NCBI RefSeq assembly: GCF_009914755.1
Contig: NC_060935.1
DNA length: 64,000 nt
Origin: the human T2T-CHM13v2.0 reference genome, Homo sapiens
Strand: one strand, 5' to 3'
Below, piece after piece: positions 1-22,780 of the stretch; within the stretch, counting starts at the first letter, position 1, and every line of letters begins with the position of its first letter. A model generated the notes under the pieces. That model was not told where the DNA came from. It ran no database searches and saw only the letters and a list, made by a program, of their open reading frames with translations. The translations under genes and the position numbers were made by a program.

Positions 1-92
1 GGTCAGGCATGGCTGAAGGGAAGTAAGATGTGGTCTTACTAGTCTTTGAGACCAAGTATTACCCTTCTCAGAGACAAGTGTTGTTATTACTG

Positions 93-730
<638 letters not shown>

Positions 731-2597
731 TAGGTGAGGAAAATGGAGCACATGGAGGCTAAGTAACTTGCCTGAGGTCGCAGAGCAAAATAGTGGCGGA
801 ATCTAGATTGGAGCCCAGGTAGTCTGGCCCTGTCATATCCTATGTGGGCTGTGACATGCGGAACAGGGCTGTCAGCCCACAGGGTTCAGGAGGGGATGGA
901 ATACTAAAGGTTGACAATTCATCAGATTTGGGTAAGAAACTGGATTTCTCTTCTCAGGTTGTTTCTGAGATGCCTGGGACTAAATTATAGAAACCATTTG
1001 GTAGGATGGGAATAGAAACTTACAGAATTCTCAGAGTTCTTAGCCTGGCCTGGTTGGCAGTGGTGAGAAGTGTGTTTGGGGTTTGCTCAGAGCTCATGGG
1101 TAGTAGTTGCCCTTTTTGCTTTGTTAAGAATCTTTCCAGAAGCAGCTCCCTGCTAAAAATTCTGTCTCAGATGCTCATATTTTCAAAATTTCCCTATTCT
1201 GCCTGGACTTAGCAATATTTTGGGATTTTCCCCCGAATCCTGTGATAGTTGGCTAACTGATCAAAATCTTGGATCCTTTGACTCTTTTTGGCCCACGTTG
1301 GTGATGCTGAGGTGGTGGTGGGGATGATGATGGTGGTGGCGATGTTGAAAGGGTGGAGAAGAATGTGATGACAGTTATTTCTACCTTTCACTAAATATCT
1401 GCACTTCAATTCCTGACCTCACTTTATCCTCACAACAGCTGTGTGGGGGAAAGAATGCCCAGTTCACAGACGAGAATACTGAGGCTCAAAGGGTTTGTGT
1501 AAAGGCAGTAAGAAGTAGAGTAAGAATTCAAACTCAGATCTACGCAACTTCAGAGCCTGGGAGCTCACCACCATGCCATTATAAAATTGTGTTCCTGAGA
1601 TGATGGTGAAGGTTGCATATCCCCAGCAAACTGCTAGAACATGTTATTCACCAGAGAGCTGTGAGCACATAAGAAGGAAGTGGTGATCACCCGGTGCCAG
1701 TGCTGGTGTGCTACAAACATCATAGACCAGCTTGTCTGGTTTCCCCTTTTGATGAGGTTCCTTAGCTGGTGGACCAGGAGCACAGCTGGAGTTGTGATTT
1801 CAACATGCTTTACATAGACACAGCTTTATGTATTATACATATGATTAAAAATTATGGCGGAAGTTTTAAAATGAAAACCAATTCACCCACCTCTGCCAAC
1901 AAATCACTTTTCACGCCTCTTTCCCCTCCTTGCTGTCTATGGTTCAATGTGTCTAGTTGGTTGTTGTGCACACACCACTTGTATCCTGGACAAGGTGTTT
2001 TATTGGCCTCCTGTCTGCTGGGTGTGGAGCCCTGGGTGTTGGAGGATCGAAGTTCTGGTAGGCTTGTGTCTGATTGAAAGGCTGTGCCTAAGGGGGGGTC
2101 TGTTCTTGAATCCACGTCACTTTGGGTGGTGACCTCAGGCTGCTCGTCACCCCTTCCTGGGTTCTGTGCCATTTCTTATTTAGTAACAGCTCAGATGAGG
2201 ACTTGGGGCATTTGCCTACCAGCTCCACAGATGACACCAGCTGGGAGGGAAAGGCTGATACCTTGTATGACTTGATTATGAGTCAGAGCATCTGGACAGA
2301 CTGTCTGATAGGCTGCGCTGAGCAGAATGCATCCGTCTGGGTCAGGAGTCAGTGCTTTGCTCACTGAACCACCTCCCTCAACCATGGAGCAGAAACCACG
2401 AGACCCAGAGTTCTGAGTTGACAGTGAGCCCAGGAGAGATCAGGCATGGAAGTGTGACTGCCCAAAGTCGAAGTGTGCTTTCTTCCCCCTATGTTTTTAT
2501 TTGGTTATACCTTTTAAAGTTATTATTAAAAGTCTAATATATACATATTTAAAGAAAACTTAGCCAACTCAGATAAGTAGTAAGAATTTAAAAATGA

Positions 2598-2893
<296 letters not shown>

Positions 2894-3387
2894 TTAATAA
2901 AAATGACACAAATACCCCTACAAAGACATTTTAACAATTTGGTATTGCCTATGCATGTTTTCTAAAAAAATTTTTTTCCTCATTACCACATTTAGGAAGC
3001 TTTTCTTTTTGAAGTCACACAATATAGAAATGTACAGTGTAAAATGTGAAACTTCTGAAATTCCCTCTCCCAGATTTTAGAGCCTCTATAAATAGTTTTG
3101 TTTATATTCTCCCACAAGTCTTGTGTGTGTGTTCTGCTGTTTGTGTGCACACCTATTCTCCTCCAAATGGAATCATCACTAATTCCACTCTGCAGTAAAG
3201 ATATGATTTTATTAATGAACTTATCAAACATTTATTAGATATCATACCTCATGCTAGATTTGTGGAGCAAGACAGACCCCCTTCCCTCCCCTATCACAGG
3301 AGTCTGGGAGGGAGGTGTTGGAGAGGGATCTCCCAGAATTACTCCAAGGAGATGCCTGAGCTGAATTTCGAAGGGCAGGAGTGACTA

Positions 3388-3713
<326 letters not shown>

Positions 3714-4599
3714 TAGCTTTTCCATGTCATTATCTACTTTTTGAAAAACGATTTTTGATTGCCTTATAAGCTTTCATCGAGGGAACATATCATTCTTTCC
3801 ATCTTCTTATTTTAATCGTTTTATTGTTTGGGTGTGTTACTTGAATGCATCATTGGACAATTAATAGAAAAAGAGCAAACAGAATGAGGAAGGTAATTGG
3901 CAAGCAGACCCTGTGGAGGCCACGCTAGTCAGACCTCTTGTGGGTTATGCTGGTGAATTCTGGAAACGGTGTCTTCAAGGGAAGATGACTAAGGGTGAGA
4001 TGGAACCAGATGGCCAGGGTTTAGAAAACATTTTGTTTGAATGATCAGAGGAGTTGAGCATGTTTAGCCAGAGGAGGTGCAGACTGAGAGAGCACACGAG
4101 CACCGATGTAGAGCTTCCACTGGAGCGTCTCCTGAGTGGGGAAACTAGGCTGGTTCTGTTGCAGTGCTAATTAGTGCAGAGGTGATTGCAGTGCTGATCA
4201 CACTTGGTGGAAGGAAGAGCTTCCTAATACTCGTACTAAGGAAAATGCTATTTCTTCCAAAAGGATGGTCTCGCGAGGATGAGAGGTGGGTGACATGCCC
4301 TGCAGAATCTGTCTCGGCTCTGAGAATCCAATTTCAAGGGTAGATCCAGCAGTTCTCCCCTCGCTTGTATCCTATTCCCCCAGGATAGAGTCTGGTTCTA
4401 ATAGAGGACACAGACTTCCTGGTGCCCTCCCCTGGGGGTGGGGCCCCTCTGTTTGCATAGTTGGTCCTTTCCCCAAAACAGGTGCTCAGATTTGTAGCCA
4501 TGGAAGCGTGTTTTAGAACTTACCCAGTTCTAGAGGCTGCAGGCAGGCTTGGGTTTTTCCCACTAGCTTCTGCAGATCCCTGGGTCCACCAAGTCAGAA

Positions 4600-5450
<851 letters not shown>

Positions 5451-6559
5451 AAGGCACACTAGCTCGTGAAATCAGAATGTGGATTTAATAAAAAGTCAAG
5501 AAAACGAATGAAAAGAAGTTACTAGGTGCTGGCTGCACCTCTTGTTTCTCTTGTCGGGTTTTGGGGGATCTGCCTGTTTGTGCTGCTGCAGGCAGATGCT
5601 TCTGCTCTGAGTCCGGTGACTTGGGGCAGGAGGAAGGTGGGGCAGCTGGGCCGGGAAGTAGGTCTTTGGCACATAAGGAGAGGGCTGGTGCAAACTAAAT
5701 GGGATCGAAGAGGCAGAGATGGAATTTTCCGGCTAGAATTGGCAAAAGAGGTTATGTCCTGGTGTGTGTGTTTTGGGGGCGACACACTGAACTGAGGACC
5801 AGGAGAGATCCGGCAAAGTCGAACTTTAAATGGGGCCTGAGGACAGTGGGTGGCCAGGCCAGGTCTGACCCCAGAGAGCCTGGGGGACTGTCAGCAGAGC
5901 CCTGAGGTGTGGACTGAGTATTTTTTCCCCTTCTTGGTTGAGGGCACTTGGCAACTGGCAGATTATTCCAGCCTGCCCTGGGGAGGCTGCCTAAGTCTGG
6001 CTATGGGGAGAGAAGACCTTCCATCAACCCATCAATTAGTCAATCAAGTGCTAACTCTGGGCAAGGTTGAGGGTGGAGGGGGAGGGAGAGAGGCAGTAGG
6101 AAGAGGAAACCGGGGCACTGTGACCAGCCAGGACTTCCTGGTCCACCCAGCATGGTGCAGGTTGGGGAAGAGGTGAGGCCCCAGGGAGAAAGTACGGTGG
6201 CTTGTTGTGGTCCCGGGAGGATTCCTGGCAAGGCTCAGCTTTGGCCTGTGTGCTGGAGGGCAGGCAGGTTCGGTAGGCGGTAGGGGAGCCCAGCCATTCC
6301 GAGCAGGCAGATGGGTTCCTAACCGAGAGGTTAGGAACCTCTTGGTTCCTAACAGGCTTGGGGGCCTTTCTGGCTAGAGCCAACGTCAGAGTTGAGGGAG
6401 CCAGTGCCCTTAGACCAATGTTAAAGGAGTGACGACCCATATACAGTGGTGGGCACAGCAGGGGCCCGTCTCTTGGGCCCAAGAAGTGGGTTTTGTAGTA
6501 GATAGAGTTTTGCAGAGTGTTCCTTTTTTTTTTGTTTTTGAAATCAACACTGTATTTAT

Positions 6560-7200
6560 TGATTTAGACTACTTTATTGAGGTATGATTGATATGCAAAA
6601 AGCTGTACCTTTTTGTGACATTACAGACAGGGGCCTGTGCTAGCAATGACATAGAATGGAACTTAATATTCACATGAGTAGCAGTGAAACGGGAAATCTG
6701 AATAAGATCCACAGATGATACTGCTGTTGTGCTTATCACGAATGACAGCAAGATAGTGTCAATTAAGACAGCCATTTCAAGCTACTGACATCCTGCTCTT
6801 TTCTCTTGTTTTTTGTTTCTTTTGTTTCTATTTAATGTGTACAACCTGATGAGTGTGGATGTATGGAAACACCAGTGATACCATCCCATAAGTTAGGCTG
6901 CAAAATATCCATCACCTTCCAAAGTTTCCTCCTGCCCTCTTTATCTATTATTCTATTTATTTATAATAATAATTACTATTTTGTGATAAGAACACTTAAT
7001 ACAAGATCTCTTATTGAAGGTATGGACCACCTTTTGTGTATCCATTCATTTGCTAAGGAAAATGCTTAGTTTGTTCCCACATCTTGGCTTCTGTGAACAG
7101 TGCTGCAGTGAGCATAGGATGCAGCTCTCTCTTCAGATCCTGGTTTCAATTCCTTCCTTTGGATAAATACTCAGAAGTGGGCTCGCTGGATCTGCAGAGC
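6560..7200 (-). mobile_element. L1MA-like fragment interrupted at 6609-6829
   Basis: TTTATTGAGGTATGATTGA...AAAAGCTGTAC / ATTTAATGTGTACAAC...; GGATAAATACTCAGAAGTGGG. Confidence 0.65.
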
Positions 7201-7251
7201 ATGATCTCTCTGGGCTTCAGTTCGCTTTTCTGCAATATTGGGGGGGTCTCT

Positions 7252-8575
<1,324 letters not shown>

Positions 8576-8984
8576 AGCCTCACGCATCTGCAGTGGGACC
8601 CTATAGGAGGGCAAAGAACCAGCTTCAGTGAGGACTGCCTGACACAACTCTCTTCTTTCCTTTCTGGGGAGCTGGTGCAGGGGAGGGTGTGGCGTCACCA
8701 CGCGAGTGGTCAGGACTGAGAGCCCTGAGCTGCTGGGGCAAATACTTTTCTCTGTGCCTCAGTTTTCCCCCTCTTAAAAGTGGGTTAATAACCACTTACG
8801 GCCTTCCAAATAGAACATAATTAGCTAATTCCTGCTAATGACTGAGGCCTACCTACTGTCTCTCTTTGATTTTAATTTCTCCACCCACTGTTTATCCATC
8901 TGCCAAAAGCCAGGCAGCCCAATTCCTCCCTCTGGTCTGGTGGAGCAGCTGAAGTTCAGATTCAAACTTCAAAACAAACTGAAA

Positions 8985-9341
<357 letters not shown>

Positions 9342-10219
9342 TTAGTGAGGAGCGACCTGGCAGGTCTTTCCAGGATCCCAGGAGCCAATCCTTGGCTGGC
9401 CCACATCTACCCGCCCTTGTCACTCTGTCCCGACCCATGGCTCCAGGAGGGCTCTGCTGCTGTCCCGCTTCTCTGTAACCCCTCTGTCCACTTTCTCTGG
9501 GAGAGAGCAGAAGGCCAGCCAGGGTGTCCCTACCCACTTGCACCCATGGGTGGTTTACCCCACAAGACCAGAGAGTGCTGGCCAGGTCGCAGCATGCTCT
9601 GGGCCTCAGCTTACACATAAAGCTTCTGGTAGTTTCCAAAAACATTTTTTAAGACAATGAAAACCTTGTTTCAAATACTTTTTTTGCAGAGCCTGAAAAT
9701 AATGAAACAATTGGCTTGAAGCAGGAGCAGGACACAGAGGGCCTCTGGATCATTCTTTAAGACAAGTTAGGGATTCAAAACCACGGACAGACCCACAGCA
9801 GCAGGAGGAGGGAGTCTGCCCACAGGCTGCAGCCCCAGGAGCTGCTTTTCCACCTCTGAGGTCTCCCAAGGGATTGTCCCATCCCTCCTCCTGGGGGCCC
9901 ACAGCCAGGTGAGGGAGGCGGTGGCCACAGCAAATACACTCATTATTTTTGGACATCTTTGTGCCATGTAGGTGTCTTCAAGAAATATCACGTCCAATTC
10001 TTACAGCCGCTAGGCTTCATTTTCAGATGAAAAAAGGGTTAAGAGAGGAAAATTTATCAAAAACCCAGATAGCTGAAAGTGTGGCAGAGCTGAATTTTGA
10101 ACCCAAATCTATCTGACTCCAAATCCAGTGTTGCTCTCCTGGGCCCTCTGCTGCTTCTCCTGGGGGTGAGGTGTGTGGGTGTGGGGTGGGGGTGGGGGTG
10201 GCAGTTATTACCAACTCCC

Positions 10220-10608
10220 CGTATAGAGCCACCCTTGACATAAGTAACTCCATCTTAGAAAAAGACTTCATCTTCCATTTCATAGGGCACTTTGCCCACA
10301 AGGACAAGGTGTTTTGCTTGATAAATTTAAAGACTGCAAACAAACAGACAAGCATCCTCCTCCACTGTCAGTCCTCACCAGAGGACTCTGTGGCCATAAA
10401 AAGAGCAGGACTTTGGCAGTTCACCCTCTGCTGTCACTGGTGATAAGCACCCAACATCCACTGCCAAAGGCTCTGCCCACATTACAGACTCTTCCCTGAA
10501 AGACTGATGAACCAGCCAGCCTAGCCCAGCCCAGACTTTTTTTGTCTTCGTGGCTCTCCCTGGACTGGTTCATTAGCCCTTTTTCCTATCCCCTTTCTCT
10601 TGGTATGT
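10220..10608 (+). mobile_element. ERV LTR copy B, 5' half only, opposite orientation
   Basis: Starts CGTATAGAGCCACCCTTGACATAAGTAACTCCATCTTAGAAAAAGAC, reverse-complement similar to the right ends of copies A and C. Confidence 0.75.
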
Positions 10609-11011
10609 TTTTCAGGTTTTGCCATAAATGTTACCTTATGGGTACCTGATAATTACGCGTCTAGTATATCTTGCATGGCTCTGCATGCCGAGAGAGCATT
10701 CATGTAGGAGAACTGCAGGTTAGGTGGTACTCCTAACAGAAGTGTTCTCTGAATTTCATTTATGACTGGAATTTCAAGCGGAATGGCAAATTCATTATAT
10801 CTATCACGTGCCATCCCTAAGATAGCTGATTTTCTTGGATTCGTTTGTCCTTGTGTTAGATTTTTTCAAGTCCGTCTCCAGATTTTGTTGGGTCTGAATA
10901 TGGGTGGACAGATCTCCAGGCTGATGTGATCCAGTCCCAGAGGGCTAGAACATATCTTGGCTGATTGGTGGGTTTTTTTTTGTTTTTTTGTTTTTGAAAT
11001 GGAATATCACT

Positions 11012-11631
<620 letters not shown>

Positions 11632-12022
11632 TTGGCTGATTTGTGGTTCTAATGGTTTATGGTTTGGTAGTTTTATAATAGCTCATGACAGTTTCCTGCT
11701 CGTGTAGGGATGCAATGCGTTTCTGTGCCTGATAGTGCCGTGGTGTCTGCTGCATTCTCCCACAGATGTAGGGGCCAGTCTGCATCTGTGCTCTGTCTTT
11801 GGCAAAAATCTGTTCTCAGTTTCAGTAACTCTGCTGTGGTGTAGTCTCCGTCCTCACTGGTGTCCTGAGGACTGTGATTCTCATAGTTATCATTGGTACC
11901 TCTTTTTCTAGTTATTATAGGTCTTGCTGTATATACCCACCCCAAGGGTCATTGTAATGTCCTAAGTTCTCTGCAGGGGGTTCCCTTGGTCCCAGGGGTT
12001 CCTCCTTAAAAGTTACCCCTGA

Positions 12023-12356
<334 letters not shown>

Positions 12357-12454
12357 TACTTTTCCTTAAAATTCCTTGAGCTGGCTCTTTGCCTGTCTGG
12401 CGATCTGTGAGATACTTTGCATTAAAAGTACAGGGATTTTTTCTTTTAGGGCTT

Positions 12455-12764
<310 letters not shown>

Positions 12765-12951
12765 CGGGGCTTAACATTTTTAGGGTCCTCAAGTCTGACT
12801 GTACATCCTCAGGGGGTCATACAGGGAGTCTTTCTGACTTCCAACTCTATTTGGGCAATGGTTCGATTTCCCACCTTAGCCAACCGGATGAGTAGGGGTT
12901 ATGCAATAATTGGCTTCCTCTTCTTTCAGCCGAGTTAAAAATTTGTTTTTA

Positions 12952-13291
<340 letters not shown>

Positions 13292-13568
13292 CTATGAGCC
13301 TTTCTGGCCCCACTAGCTTCCTAGCCTGGCATCAGCCGAGACCTTGTCAGCTCTTGGAGCTACAGGACCTGGGTAAAGAACCTCATCACCTGAGGTTTTC
13401 CTCAGGGAGCTAGACTTTCAAGGTGAAGTGAGATGACGTCTCTTTTTGAAGAGGGTGGCAGTTTGTTTTTTCAAACGGCTTGATTTCTAATTTAAGTTTT
13501 AGTGGAGGCTTTCGCCTTAGCATCGACTATACCACCTATGCCCAGTAAGCTGACTGTGCCAATTCTCA

Positions 13569-14116
13569 TGAGCGGTGCGAGGTCCTAACCGGGTCCATGC
13601 ACCTTTGTGTCTTTCCACAAGGTCAGACTTATTGATGTGACTTCAATCACACAAGGCGCGAGCCGCATGGAGTTCCCAAAGAGACAGCTCTCCTTAGTAC
13701 TTCCTGTTCACTCCGTAGTCAGAGCCTCAGGCACACAGGCTCAAACCACTCCAGTCAATATTGCAAACTATACATAATAATATTCTTAACCAATATATAA
13801 AAGTATAAACATTCCACATCAAAGTAACATTTAACATCAAGAGAAAGGGGATAGGAAAAAGGGTTTAACAAACCAGTCCAGGAAGAGCCACGAAGATAAA
13901 AAGAGTCTCCTGGTGTGAGCTGGGTCATTTGTCGGTCTTGCCGGGAAGAGTTTCTGATGTTGGCAGAGCCTTCGTTGGCAGATGCTGGGTGCTTATCACG
14001 AATGACAGCAAAATGGTGTCAGTGAAGAGGGCATCTTGAGGTGCCGAAGTCCTGCTCTTTTTAAGATGAAGTCTTTTTCTAAGATGGCGTTACTTATGTC
14101 AAGGGTGCTCTGTACA
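13569..14116 (-). mobile_element. ERV LTR copy C (probable 5' LTR, internal deletion)
   Basis: Minus strand TGTACAGAGCACCCTTGAC...CACCGCTCA; lacks ~120 nt present in A and B. Confidence 0.75.
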
Positions 14117-16664
14117 AGGCTCCTGGTCCCTTGGGCTGCGTGGGGAGGGCCCTGGGCAGTGCTGGGAGTTGGGACGGGACTTGAAACCTGCAGGAGCTGG
14201 CTGCTCCCTGGCAGAGAACCGCTGGGTTTCTGTGTTGACAACGTCCTCACAGCTGGGCTGAGTCAGGTCCTGGGGGACTTTCCTTCAGGCTGTAACCAGG
14301 TGTGGGGACTTGTGGTTTACTTCCTTCAGTGGGAGTTCTTGGCCGTGGGTCAGCTTTGTGTTCCCCTGATGGGCTGGGGTTACAGATCTACAGATATTTC
14401 TGGATCTTCCTTGGGGCCCTGCAGCCCCACCTGTTTTCCAGCAGCTCCTTCTGGCGGGGCGGCTGAGGGCGGCGACGGGTCAAAGGGAAAGGTGGGCGGG
14501 CCGGGGTTTTGGGGTGTCTGCCAGCAGCTGGCTGGGTCTGCAGCTGGCCCTGTGCTCTCCCAGGAGGAGCTGGAGTGTGTATTTCTGGGAAAAGTGATAG
14601 CCTCAGGGACTTCTGGGATGATGCTTATAACCAATTGTGGGAGGGTCCCCAGGGCGTGGAAGCAAAGTTCGACCTGGCACAGCAGCTTCCCTTCATCCCA
14701 GGTGGTTGCTCAAAATAGACCAGCTGAGACTCTAAGCCAGCTTCTCCTCCTGGTGACAGGAAGGGGTGAGCCTCCTGGAAATGGTGGGTGGAGTTTCTCC
14801 AACTTTCAGGTTCCCAAGAATGACCTGGAGCACTTGAATAAAAACTTCCACATCCGAGGCCCTGCTCCTGATGCATGACATCAGCACCTCCAGGGAGAGG
14901 GGCTTGGGAATCTGGATGTGGAACAAACACTGCATTTGTTTCAGTTGATTGTTATTGTTCTTTTTCATGACCAGACAAGTCCAGGAAATGCTGGGGGTTG
15001 CGATCAATGGGAACCATAGGCTTTTGCAGGTTTCGTGAAAATTGGCTTCTAGAGAGATCGATTACCCCTGGTTGGGGAGTGGGTGGGAGGATTCCAGTGT
15101 GGCCTTTCTTTTCCTTTCTCATTTGCCCATCGGTCATCCCCAGATAAGCACTCAAGTGTCCTCTTTTATGAGGCCCCGTGCTGGGCCCTGGACTGCCATG
15201 GTGGCAGGTGGGGTGAAGTCCCGCCCTCAGGAGCCTGCTGACCGCCTGCTCTGTGCACAGCTGCTGGAGCTTCCCCGGGGCTGCTGATTTAACTGGGGAG
15301 GGCCTGTCTATGTGGGGTCCCTCCTAGCCGGAGACAGGTCCCTTTTATGAACAGCAGCCTGATGAAGAGGCCTTCCTGCAACATGCCTCTGGTATCATTC
15401 TCAGCTCAGCATTGCCCAGGGGACAAACACAGAGTTTGTTCTTGGCAGTCATTCCCTGCTGTCATCTCAGGTGGGCTTGAGCCGTGCTGGGTTTCCGGGA
15501 AATCTGGCCAGGATCCAGCACAACCTTTAGCCAGTCCGGCAGGGAGCGGCCACGAGGTTGTGCTGGCTCGGTCTTTCCCTTGCAAAGGAAGGCATCTTCG
15601 ACCTGCCACAGAATGCTTTCTTCCCCGGGGAAACCCTTGCAGGTGCTCGGGCTCTACTTTCCTTTCTCGCTTGAACAATTACAGGGATAGTTTATGGTTC
15701 TCATGACCCTGGTGGGGGTGATGACATCATGGGATTGAAATCCGTCCCACCTTGGAGTCACCGAGCGTGTCAGTCAAGAGCCTTGGCCACAAATCAGTGG
15801 CACTTGGCAGCAGCACACAAATCCAGCCACCCTGTCCTTGTCTCAGGTCTGGGCAGCACAGCTGTGTCCCTAGCTGGTGGCATCGCCCCTGCCCCTTGAC
15901 CTTGATCTTCAGCCTCAGAAGCAGGCTACCCATTGTCATGTGACTGCCCTTCACGGTCCCTCCCCAGGATTCCAAGGGGCCTCTTGAGGTTTCCAGGTTC
16001 AGCCGCTTCCTTCCCAGCAGATCACACCCAACCTTAGCCACATGAGGAACGATCTTTAGAAAGGGTCTGGCCCGAAGCTTCATTTTTCCCTGTCTGCTTT
16101 GGTTGGAATCTTGTGTGGCTTTGTGTGCAGTTGGTAGTATTTTTGTTGTTGGTAAGTGTAGGGGCCCTTCCCCATTGCTTTTCTCTAAGGATAACCATGC
16201 TCTGAGCAGCCCATGGCAAATTCTGGCTTTGGACTTGTTGGTCCCCAGAGCCAGTGGGGTCGTGGGCCCTGGAGAGTTTGCACTCAGTGGCAGGTCTTAG
16301 TGTGTGTTTGAGGAACCAGGAGAGCGTTCCTCTCAGAGGGAGGATTCTCTGGTTGACTCACACAGAGTTTTGTTGGCTCAGCATTTAGCTTTCAGCCCTG
16401 GTGAGTTTCTCTGACTTAATGGGAGTAGGCTGGCTGCAAGAATCTTTCCTATATTATCAAATAAAATAGGTCTCTTTTTTGGCCCTCTAGAAATCAGTGT
16501 TTTTTTTCTTTTCGTTTTGGAGAGCCCGGCCTTGGGGAGGATATGCATCAGTTGCTCTAGTGTGCCTCAGACAATGAGATAAGATGAAATAGGGCATGCT
16601 CTAGGACCTCTCCACTTCCCCTTCCCGGGTTTCTGGATCTGACCCTTCGCTCCCTGCAGAAAGT

Positions 16665-16911
16665 TGGGTGAGATGGCAATGGTCCGATCTCATCCCTGCT
16701 GGGTGGGATGGCAGTGGTCCCTCTTGGGTGAGATGGTGGTGGTCTGATCTTGTCCCTGCTGGATGGGATGGCGGTGGTCTGATTTTGTCCCTGCTGGGTG
16801 GGATGGCGGTGGTCCCTGCTGGGTGGGATGGTGGTGATCTGATCTCGTCCCTGCTGGGTGGGATGGTGGTCTGATCTCGCCCCTGCTGGGTGAGATAGTG
16901 GTGGTCCCTGT
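16665..16911. repeat. G-rich minisatellite, 8 units of 35/25/32 bp
   Basis: Units TGGGTGGGATGG(C/T)GGTGGTC[TGATCTCGTC]CCTGC. Confidence 0.9.
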
Positions 16912-17964
16912 TAGATCCTGGCCCTTTAGGGTCTGTACCCTGCTTGTCCTGAGCCCTTTATCCCCAACCTCCCGCCTGGAAGTCATTCCTCGTTCCCTTG
17001 TCTGAGTGGCCTGGAGCCGAGCTGTGTTTCTGGGTCCTTTGGCCAGGATCTAACTACAGTGGGCCAGCAGGAAGAGGCTGTGATATTTACATGGCCTCTA
17101 TCTGTGTTTATGGTAAGCAGACACACCTGGCTTCATAGCACCGTTTTATGTGTGCACCTGCAAAGATGTTTACTTTTAAGAAAGAGAGACAGGAGAAGTG
17201 AAAGCAGGCGCAGGCATAGGATCTCTCCTGTCGGCTGTGGCCCAGTAGAGAGGTGTTATGCCTACAGTTGTCTAAGTGTCTAAGTGGATGGGAGTTCCCT
17301 GAGACCTCCCCCTCCCACCTCCCCCACCCAGGAGTTAAAAGAGCTTTGCTGCTTCACTGACTTTATTAACTTTGTGACCTTGGACAGGCCACTCCCTCTC
17401 TTTCATCCTCAGTGTTCTTATCAATAAAACGATGGGATTATGCAACAGTATCTCTGTTACACCTGAAAATGGAGCCAAGAGCTAAGGTTATAAAAGGAAG
17501 CAGCCCAGTTACTGATTAGACAGCACTTTTAGGCTGGGTGGAGCCACAGAACTCACACTGCAGGGAGGACAGAGGACCCACCATTGAGCTAGCGCCACTG
17601 CTGACAGCCTCGCTCCGTGGCAGAGCCTGGGGTGACCCCTGAGTCAATGCCCTCAGCCACCTTACCCCTTCTCATGGGAGTCTCTGTCTTCTGTTTCCCT
17701 GAATCCTTGCTCCCAGAATTCTGGAACCTAACCACACTGGGAGGCAGTAAACCAGGACCAGATTCTGGATCTGCCACCAAGTGCTGGGTGACCTTGCAAA
17801 ATCAGCATTCTTCCCTGCCTTCTTTATATAACACGGGTGATAGCACCAGCCAGTCTTGAATGAGTCACAGGACTGTCATGAAGATCCAGTAAGAAAATGG
17901 TTGTGAAATTACCCTGTGAATTGGATATACATCTAAACATGATAAATTATTATTTCATTACATT

Positions 17965-19010
<1,046 letters not shown>

Positions 19011-19095
19011 TAGACTACCAGAGGCCACCAGATGTCTAAAGAAAACCCAGCCTGAAAGGCGAAGTTCCAAAGATAACATAAAAATGTCTAGTTGC

Positions 19096-19230
19096 AGCTG
19101 GGTGCAGTGGTGCACCCTGTAGTCCCAGCTACTCAGGAGGCTGACGCAGGAGGATTGCTTGAGCCAAGAATTCAAGACCAGCCTGGGCAACATAGCAAGA
19201 CCCTGTATCTTAAAAAAAAAAAAAAAAAAA
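19096..19230 (+). mobile_element. Alu monomer (FLAM-like)
   Basis: Single arm plus A tail. Confidence 0.8.

Positions 19231-22780
<3,550 letters not shown>

Noticed and set aside
11673-11945. Functional domesticated gag gene
   Set aside because: Only a ~90-codon degenerate remnant between Alus, with no intact frame.
14036-14878. 280-aa ORF as a new gene
   Set aside because: It starts inside an antisense LTR, is GC-rich and low in stops by composition, and has no recognisable domain.
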